64,000 nt of DNA, from assembly GCA_013265495.1 (NCBI GenBank), contig MU058781.1, positions 7,793,009-7,857,008 of the forward strand. The letters run 5' to 3'. The notes beneath the pieces were generated by a model. The model was not told the DNA's origin and did no database searches. It saw only the letters and a list, made by a program, of their open reading frames with translations. The first letter of the stretch is position 1. Every line of letters begins with the position of its first letter. Origin of the DNA: Vicugna vicugna. Taxonomy: Eukaryota. Made by a program: the position numbers and the translations under genes. Below are positions 54,590 through 64,000 of this stretch, in pieces.

Positions 54590-54822
54590 TTGAGATGGTA
54601 AAGGACCTGGAATCAAAAAACCGGAGTTCAAGACCAGCCTCAGCCACCTTATTGCTGTGAGACTTTGAAAACTCATTTCCCTCTCCCAAAGTATGTTCAC
54701 CAAAAATGGGGGCAATAAATACTAGCCTTTAAGGTTGCATTGATTATACACGTAAACATAAAATACAAGAGTTTCATGAACCCTTCCATACTATACAAAT
54801 TAAACGATTTATTAGTTATTAT
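54590..54822 (+). mobile_element. MIR (MIRb-like) SINE
   Basis: 'ctggaatcaaaaaaccggagttcaagaccagcctcagccac...gctgtgagacttt...aaaatggggg'. Confidence 0.7.
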
Positions 54823-57800
54823 TGAATCGGGAAACAGGAACTGTGCCCCAGTCACTGCTTCATACCTAGCACGGGGCACAGTGCCTAATGCATAGGTCCT
54901 CAACAAATGTTAGCCGAGTAAACGGGTAAGTGAATAATATTATAAGTGTCTTCGCTATGTCCTGAGACTCAGGAAGAACTTCCTCCAACACCGTAACTTC
55001 CTTCCTCAGAATCTTATGCACTTCCGGTCTGTAAAATGGTAGCTACGTTTTTATATGAGTTTGATTTGTCTTTCCAGCTAGAACATAGTTGAACTGAGGG
55101 TAGGGCTTTCATTACACCTCTCTGTATTCCTGCAGAGTGCCTATCACCTTAACAATAATTCTAAACCACTTAGCAATTATACCTCCCCAGTTTCCCTTAT
55201 ACAATTCTTTAAATTATCACAGAGGAATGTGTGTGTGTATGTGTGTGTAGCTGTATGTACCAGATTTAACTACACCAGAGAGCTACAGTCACTTCTGAAT
55301 TAATTGGATTCTGAAATCAAACATCTCACCATTATTAGCAAGTATTTCCATATGCACTGTCTCTCTCTGCTACTGATTTGAGAAGAGTACCTTCCACTAA
55401 CAAACCTGCATTCTCCCCATCAAAATGATGTCCAGGATGCCACCCTTAGACAATTCTGCTCCTCATTAGAATCTTCTACTTGATATGTTTCCTTTATTTT
55501 TTTCCTAAACATCTGTAATACTTAGTTGCACAGAAACATGAGCAGCTCTTATGCATGGATCACAGATTCACTTATCTTTGTTTAAAACTAAGTCCATTTG
55601 GAACGGGTAAGGTAACAGAACACCCAAATAGCTGTTCTTTGGAGTTTTAGGGCAATGAGAAGAAAAAAGCTCTCTGGGCTTGGAGAACAAGATTAACAGC
55701 ACTCAATCTCCCATCTCACAAATTGAAAATTTCATCCATACAACTGACTTCTTTGCTTTGGCTTTTTAGCATCAGCATGACAGGTCTTCCAGCAAAGTCA
55801 GAACAATTTACAACATCTTGTGTCACTGTAGCAGCTTTTCATTTTGCTGGGGTTGAGGCTGGGAGAAGCCTAAGAGTTAATTTTAATGAGACTAATCAGC
55901 CCATCTTGACAATAGAGGGGAAGGAACAGGGACAGGTAGATGACTGTGTGTTTTGACATCAGACCATTAACATGCAAATAATATGCAAAATCATATGCTA
56001 ACAAGTTTGAGCCTTTGTTTGCGGTTGGACACTTTTTTACCTCCCAAATGGACAACGGCCCTGATTCAATTCTATACAGGAAGGACCTTAGCAAGGCATG
56101 TGATATGCACAAGAAAAATATCAAATGTTCTTTGAGTACTTGTTTTGACCTGTTTGGAAGAGCGGGATTCCTTTAAATTTGACGTTATTGCCTGCTTACC
56201 GGAAGGAAGCACCGAAGCATGGCAGGGAACAGAATCCCATGTAATGCCCGTGCTCGCTGCGCACAGTAAATAACAGTGGTGAGAACACAGGGCAGCCAAT
56301 GCAGACAGCGTCCTTCACATCGCCCAGAGGCCACTGCAGAACTCCCAGGGACAAGCAGCATTAATTATAGACTAATGATGCCATTTGCATGCACATTTTT
56401 ATAAACAGTGGTGAAAGTAGCCCTAATAATTGAGGATGAGTGAGATGAGGCTGCATTAAAATGCTCCGTTGAGTCTCTTATCTCATGTTAAAAAAGACCT
56501 CTATCACCTTGATGCTCATTAACACTGGGGAACCATGAGACATGGAACATTATGCTGGTTCTTTCTAGATACAAGCACTTCACCAACCAGCTTTTGAAGT
56601 GTCTCTCCTTTCTATAATCTCTTATGATCCTAAACACAAGATTCTAGTGAGGGGTAACAATGAAACAGAATAACTTTTGATGTGAGTAAGAAAACAAAAT
56701 AAAATATAAGAAATTTTGATGTAGGTAGAAAGATTAGGGTTCCATAGATAATAAATCAAGCATCATTTTGTATGTATATGGAGATTATGTTCTGGGACAA
56801 TAAAGTACCATTTTATGTGATCCATGTAATTATCAAATTGGGAGGACAAGAGGGGAAAAATCAGTTCAAGAAAGTGGCTCAAAGCTATGGAGGGGCTTGG
56901 TATTGTGTTGTAGGCTCAAGAGTAAAATTTATGCCCCCCAGAGGAGGGCACCAGCCAAACCAGGAGCTGAGAGGCTTTGAAGCTTAGGAGAGCCAGGGGT
57001 CAGGGACCCCTGAACTGAACTTGGTTTCCGTAGGATTCTCTGTCTACTGCCAAAAGAGCTGACAGTCAGCCCAGAAACCTTACACGTAGAGCTCTTTGTG
57101 TTCTGAACCGAGACGAGTCAGGCAGATGGGCAGCTGGAGGCTCCTCTAAAACTGCCCCCTTTAGAAATTTATTTTATAAGACACATTATATGCACTCTTT
57201 TTATTTCACTTGGTTCACACTCGTATGTTGTACAGAAGTATCTGAAACAAACTTAAGTGTTGATTCTAAGCTTATTTGGGCAGCATCTCTCACTCTGACT
57301 TTCTACTTCCCACAATGCCTTTATAACACTATTTTTTAAAGTTTTTCTCCCACAAAATAAAATTAAACTTCATTTAGCAACAGAAAAATCAACAACCCCT
57401 CATTCTCCTCGTATCAATATTTTAATGTCCTCGCAATCTTTATAAAACTGGAAGCTGAATGCTGACAGCATAAATATTTATAACCTACAATTTCAGTAAG
57501 ACATCTTAATAAAAGCAATGGCACAGGGAGTGAAGACCTGTGATGTGCTGGAGTTTTTACAGGAAGTGCTAAACTGATGTCTCGGCATCACTTAGGTTGT
57601 CCGTGCCATGGTTAGAATGGGGCTCAGGAAATCAAAATAAAAGACCCTTATAAATAGGCTATCTAACAAAGTAAGTAAGTTAATGGAATATTTATAACTG
57701 AAAAAAAGCCACCAAGATCATCTATTCCTATGTTCTTATTTTGAAGATGAAAAACCTGGGATCCAGAGGCTATTTCTTGCCAAGAATGACAAAGCATACT

Positions 57801-58189
57801 AGCGACAGACCTAGAAGCAGAACAGAGGTCATCTGACGTGCATTCCAGAGTGTGGGGGTATTTTCCTCCCCCCACGTGAGACGAGTTATAATAAATGTTT
57901 TCACAGGACAATAGAGCTGGGAAAGGTTGCATTCCTTCTGCGTACATGATGTGGGCAATTCTTACAAACCTTGCTGAGTATGTCTCTCTGCCTACGGGAA
58001 CTAGGCATTAGGACCTCATATAGGAAGCACTTTGGGACTTATTAATTACATGAATAATAACATTTTATGCTGCTACAGGTCTATGCCTTCTTCAAAGTAC
58101 TTTCATGAGCTTCATTTATTCACTCAATTACTTTTCATATGTACTGTGCACTCTGCTAAGCCAACATTATTTTATTTGATTTTCCTATC

Positions 58190-58350
58190 AAGCCCATGAT
58201 GCATGTGTTACTAGCCCATTTTACAGACAAGAAACAGGCCAACAGAGGTAACATAACCTGCCCTAGGTTACGATCAGTGGTCAACCACAGAACCAGGTAT
58301 CAAACCCCAATCTCTCTGACTCCAAAGCCCAGGTTCTCAACCACATTACT
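58190..58350 (-). mobile_element. MIR fragment
   Basis: 'cccattttacagacaagaaacaggcc...ctctgactccaaagcccagg'. Confidence 0.7.
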
Positions 58351-58454
58351 AGGTAATCTCTGCAGTGATATGGACGTGCATCCACCTACAGAAGGTTACC
58401 TAACCATCACAGAAGTACCTGAAGGTCTATGTATGCAGCCCTATCATAGACCAA

Positions 58455-58770
58455 TTATTCATTCATTCAACAAATACGTATGATCGCCTACTGCTGCTAA
58501 GTGGTCTTCCAGCCATGGAGGTACGAGGATGAACAAGATGCATCACGTTCCTGCCCTCACGGGGCTCACTGCCTAGTGGCGAAAACAAGAGAAAGCAAGT
58601 GTATAAATGTGGAACACCATTTCTGATCAAGGCCAAGAAGAAACTAAGCAAAACAAGGAGACAGAATGGCACTGGGGGGAAGGATGGACCTATTTTAAAC
58701 ATGGAGGTCCAGCAAGGCCATTCTCAGCAAGTGACACCAAAGCAGACACTTCTATCATGTGGAAGGGTGA
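58455..58770 (-). mobile_element. L2 3' fragment
   Basis: 'attcattcattcaacaaatacgtatgatcgcctact' and 'cctgccctcacggggctcac'. Confidence 0.7.
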
Positions 58771-59713
58771 GCTACAGCAAGCTCTGATGAGTCCTTAGAG
58801 GGTGGTGGTGAAACCCAACCACAGAAAAACAAAATCACCTTGTCAAAGCCCCGGTAGCTGGGAGCCAAGTCTCTGAGTCCTGCCTCTCTTCTACTACAAC
58901 ACACATGAGTTCCTGCAGGTCAACCTGCAACCAACCAGTCACTGGCATTTCTATTTTCTCCTATTCTCTACAAGTCCTTTTAAAGACAATTTTCACACAG
59001 AGACAAATAAGGGGAATATATGTTTTCCTTTCTGCCAGCTAGTTAACCAGAAGGAATTTGCTAAAAGCCTTCAACGGAGCAGTCCCCAGAGGATGTCAGA
59101 CATGAGAATTCTCCATCTTTATTATGAACAGAGAGGGGGGAAAAGACATTCTCATATTTGATATGCTTTCCCAAATATTTCTTCCTACTGTTATGTTTAT
59201 GAGTGGTTTTCACAATATACTCAAGTGTATATTTGATTTGTCTTTGAGACTGAACTAAATTGTGTTTGTTTCATACAAGCCAAAATTGGAAGTAAATCCA
59301 ATCTGAGGAATATAATGGGGACCTGTCCCTACTTCCCCAAGATTATCTGAGGGCTGACACAGTTCGAGAACCCTGGATCGGGGGGACCTCTGATTTTCCA
59401 TTTTTGATAGCATCCTCAAGAGATGCTCATGGCCCACGACCACTAGCACACAAATAGCCAGACGGTTCTGGTGGCAGTGTCCCCACTTTTCAAGCCAAAG
59501 TCAGCAGCCAGGATCTTCAAGGCCACTCTCACGGCCACACATTAGGTGATCTGTCCTCGGGTGTCCCCAGGGCCTCTCCTCAGAGGTTCTGCCACCCACT
59601 GGGGCATTTCTTAGAAATGGGTGTCATTGGCCAACGGCCTTCTTCTTTCTGGGAAAATCCAGAAAACATACTTTGGGTGGGCTCAAAACACAAAAGTGTT
59701 CTCCTCCCTCCCC

Positions 59714-59895
59714 CACTCCTTCTCGAACTTCAGAGTTCATAAAACTCCCCTGGAGATTTTATTAAAACACAGATGGCTGGTCCCCACCTCGGAGATTCTG
59801 CTTCAGCAGACCTGAGGTAGAGCCTGAGAAAATACATTTCTAACAAGCTCCTGGGTGATGCTACTGGTCCCCGGACCATGCTTTGGGTAGCACTG
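59714..59895 (-). mobile_element. MER5A hAT MITE
   Basis: Contains 'ttaaaacacagatggctggtccccacc', 'catttctaacaagctcctgggtgatgct' and the end 'ctttgggtagcactg'. Confidence 0.85.
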
Positions 59896-60382
59896 CTTAT
59901 ATGACTTTTGCTTAAAGGGGAGAAAACTCTGCCTTCTCATTCTTTTTGTGGCAGAGTATAAGGCAGCCAAAAGGACGGGACCCCAATTAATTTCTCAATA
60001 ACCCACACTGTTACACCAGCGAAAACAGAAGAGGGAGAACATAACAAAGGCAATTTTATTTCCTGAAACACAGGTGTGAATGGTTTTCTGAAGGGGGCCT
60101 TCACTGGCGGACCTCCTAACCACTGCTGCCACCTCACACCAGATCTTGGCTTAGAAAGCTGCTCTCAGGTCGACCAGCTGCGAGAGGAAACAGTTGGGAA
60201 ATTTTTCATAGGCAAGTCTAGGCATTTCCTTTTCAGCACCAATTAACTAGCCACAACCAGAATGTTCAGCTGCCCTGGCCCAGGGTACAATCCACACAAA
60301 TACTCATTGTGTGGCAGGTAGTGTCTCTTTAGCATCAAGAATTTCATATTAAAAGTGCAGAGGGAAATAAAGGAAAGAAAGA

Positions 60383-60458
60383 ATATATATACACATATGC
60401 ATATATATATATGTGTGTGTGTGTGTGTGTATATATATAATTTCCTATCATATATATG
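60383..60458. repeat. (TA)n/(TG)n compound microsatellite
   Basis: Read directly. Confidence 0.85.
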
Positions 60459-61833
60459 GATCACATTTCAAAAACAGAGCTCTCTCTGCTTCCACCATGT
60501 ACTTTCCCACTTTTTCCCTACATGATGCTGTAATTCTGTGTATGCTTCCCCTCTGCCTTCCACCACAATACTCTCTGCTGAGGCAATTCTCTCTCTCTCT
60601 CTTTTTTTTTTCCCTTAGCATTCTGCTTGCTTTTGGCAAACAAGTAGCTCAGACTCTCAGGTGAAAACATAGTTCTATCTAATATCTATCTCCTTTCATA
60701 ACCTGTGCCTTTACTAAACCTCATTTTAAAAAAGTGGTCCATGGATTCTGCAAGAAATGCTATAGAAGCAAATTTCAGTGCCAGGAATCAAAGATCTTGA
60801 GCAGAGAGCATGTCACATTATTTGAAAAGTCTGGCTTCCCCACAGTGTATCTAACGCTTTCATAACAAAGCGAGGCAAACCCGGGTGAAGAGTATGTTCT
60901 GGAGGTACTTAAAAGGCATCTTCCAAATCAACTCAGTCCCAGGTGGCTGCTTTGTCCAATGTAAAATCATCTTAAGCTGCTCTAGGGAGTCTACTCTGCA
61001 CTTAGAAGCCATGCAGAGAAGCAACCTGGAGAAAGTTACCACGATGCGCAGGTAGGACAGACACCAAAGCACTGAAGGACGCCCTGAAATTGCCACAGAG
61101 CCTTTAATGGGGTAGAAGGAAGTCGGAGGTGCAACGACAGCGCTTTTCACCTAGAACAGATGCTCTAAGTTTCCAGGGCGGTGTCGTCTCCAACTCAGTC
61201 TCACTGTGGACACAACCAGGAAAGGGAAAGAAGGAAATGCTTCCTTTTTATTCCCACCCTGAGGCTATGCTCAATCTAGGTATCCTGCCAGGCAAATTGT
61301 GCACTTTCCCTTCCGCGGCAGCCTGTGTTACAAGAACACTGAGTATCACAAATGCATCATTCGTTCATTCATTCATTCACTCATTCTTCCCACTGTCTCC
61401 CCCCTTATGTCACAGTACCACCAAAATTCTTGCTGGGCAGGGTTTGCTGAGGAGCTCCAAGGTGACTCCATTTCCCTCAACGGCCTGGAGGAGACAGAAT
61501 GATTATCTATTCAAGAGTAAAGAGAATATTTTTTATATTTATGGTCAATAACCTAACCTTCACAAACGTTAAAGTAAACACGGAAAAATACAGCTTTAAA
61601 AAAAGGAACAATTAGGGTTATTTCCTGTCACACATCAATGTGATTTTTCCCTCCCAATGACAGTCATGACTTCAGATCCTTTCTATATGTGAGAAAAGGG
61701 AGCTGGGCATTGTAGCCACCGACTTGCCAATTAATATTCGAACCAAGAATGCTCTGCCACAGATATCAGAGATCAAGTTCCCCACAGGACTGTCGCATTG
61801 CTTTTAACCCACAGCAATGATGCTTCAGCTTAC

Positions 61834-61914
61834 GATTCTGAAGGGTTCATCACTGTCTGCTGTGTCTTCGTTCTCCTTTGGAACTTTTCCAATTTCCCCA
61901 GAAACACAGGTGGT
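61834..61914 (-). other. Candidate 81-nt exon of an unidentified minus-strand gene
   Basis: Acceptor gttctgtttattcaaaag and donor ATC|gtaagc. Purine-rich body, length divisible by 3, two open frames. Confidence 0.4.
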
Positions 61915-63357
61915 CTTTTGAATAAACAGAACTAACATATTGAGCCCCATAAGCTCTGTGATGAAATGCGTTTCTCTCGTTCGCAGCTGTTGCTTGCACA
62001 GTTGGAATGACATGCAACTATGAGGTGGCTACTTAGTAAACTGGAGGTTCTGATCCAGAGTATAAATTCATAGAAAGGCATCTTCAGGTAAAGGGACAGA
62101 CTATAACAAGTGGTGCTCCATGGGGGACCTGTACATCTTTCATTGCCTACATGAGGGAAATGAAAACACACGTTTAGGGATCTACTGAAGGATTTGATGG
62201 CATTCATCCTACTTCAGAGGAATCTCATGCTGAGCGGATTTCATTCCATCAAGAAATAACTGGTAGAGAGGGCCTTGAATAGGCATGCCCTATACTTCTG
62301 GCATTTAATAAAACCCAAATGGTAGCTGCAATAAAATTATTTTACTACTTCTCATTCAACAAAGACTAAAAGCATTCGAGGAATTCACAGGATATAATGT
62401 CAGTTTTACAACGATGCCAGTATCAACGTCCAAGGGTTTAAACAATGTAAGTGGAGTCCAAACCCAAGCAAGGACAATGTTTATGCTGCAAAGTTGTGAC
62501 ATCTCACTTAGGGGACAGCAATCTTGAACTTATATTCCTCTCCAAATGTAGAAGTAACCATGAAGACTTTCAATAGCTTCACTTAACAGAACTGCCCTTT
62601 ATTATTTACAGCAACCCAAGGAAATGCTTTAACAAATGAGACAATGTTATTGTATACCAAAATGTGGAAGAGATTTCTAACAAAACAAAAACACACACAA
62701 AAAAACAACTTTTGATAACACACAAGTACAGTTTTTATCAGGGGTTCTAAAATGACATGAAATCTAAATTGGTATTTCTGTTTAAGAAGGTAGACTAAGC
62801 ATAGAGTGAAATGTCCTCCTTTTCCACAAAACTCATAGAAATGATAGAAAATTGATAAAGAAAAAGTATTAAATACATATTTATTCTAGGAAATCAAAGA
62901 AGAGTATCTCCATCGACTAGGAAAATATACCTCAAAATAGGAAACAAAAAGGAAGCTACAGTGGTTAAAAAAAAAAAAAAGGCCAATGCTTTCAGAAGAT
63001 TATACTGCTATAAATGCATATATATATGCACACATATATATGTATGTGTGTGCATGTGCGCATTTGCAGGAAAGATTTTATCAAACATACCAACTAGTTG
63101 TTTACATTCTAAGGGTCATTTAAAATTTGAACGTTAAGATTTGGATTAATGCTGCTACAAGGTGGTCTCCTAAGGAGGTGATTTAGAATCCATGATGAGC
63201 AGAGAAGTCATTTTTGGAAAATGGAAATACAGCAGCAAGACACTAAGCATATGGAAATTTAACATGTGAAGGAGGATTTATTTATGCATTAGTTTATTAG
63301 GATGCACTTATGGAAGAGTTTAAATGTGAAAGAACAGAAATAATGGAGTAATCTGAA

Positions 63358-63723
63358 TTTTTTTATTGAGTTATAGTCAGTATACAATGTTGTGTCAATT
63401 TCTGGTGTACAGCACAATTTTTCAGTCATACTTGAATATACATATATTCGTTTTCATATTCTTTTTCACCATGAGCTACTACAAGACCTTGAATATATTT
63501 CCCTATGCTATACAGTATAAACTTGTTTATCTATTCTATATATACCTGTCAGTATCAATAAATCTCAAACTCCCAGTCTGCCCCCTCCCACCCCCGTCCC
63601 CCTGGCAACCACAAGTTTGTATTCTATGTCTGTGAGTCTGTTTCTGTTTTATATTTAAGTTCATTTGTCGTCTTCTTTTTTTTTTTAAGTTCCACATATG
63701 AGTGATATCATAGGGTATTTTTT
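63358..63723 (-). mobile_element. L1 3'UTR fragment (younger, probably camelid subfamily)
   Basis: T-tract, then 'tgttgtgtcaatttctggtgtacagcaca', 'atatttccctatgctatacagta', 'ccctggcaaccacaagtttgtattctatgtctgtgagtctgtttctg' and 'ttccacatatgagtgatatcat'. Confidence 0.92.
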
Positions 63724-64000
63724 TGATATGTATATTTTGTATCCAGGAAGATAGTAAGTAAAGGTAGAAATAATTTTTTTTTATATAATATGGAAAATGT
63801 TGCTGTTGACTAATGCCTGACATATTAAGCATTCTATGAATGTTAGCCATTATGCTCTTTCACTACAATACTGGCTTCATGAAAGCAGAGAATATTGCTT
63901 TTTTACTTACTGCTATATTCTCCAGCACCTAGAAGAATTTCCTATACATATAGCAAAAACTGAACAATTAATTTTTAGATAAAAAAATTAATTAAGTAAT

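Overview
This is mammalian genomic DNA, probably from a camelid (alpaca, vicuna or camel). The evidence is a tRNA-derived SINE resembling the camelid Vic-1 family with a clear target-site duplication, artiodactyl-type L1 3' ends, and no recognisable ruminant or pig SINEs. The window is AT-rich, CpG-depleted and essentially non-coding. It contains MaLR, ERVL and ERV1 solo LTRs, hAT and Tigger MITEs, L1, L2 and MIR fragments, and microsatellites, including a perfect (AG)94. No ORF in the supplied track looks like a real single-exon gene; the recognisable peptide matches are decayed L1 ORF1/ORF2 fragments. Two short minus-strand exon candidates (61834-61914 and 51574-51639), a CpG-rich patch with an RFX motif (about 36950-37330) and a TATA-containing segment (about 4000-4350) suggest the window lies inside the large introns of a minus-strand gene that I cannot name. 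A well-formed plus-strand exon pair at about 21.0-21.3 kb may belong to an antisense transcript. I found no evidence of a novel multi-gene system. Repeat family names are recalled from consensus sequences, not from a search, and the boundaries of old repeats are approximate.
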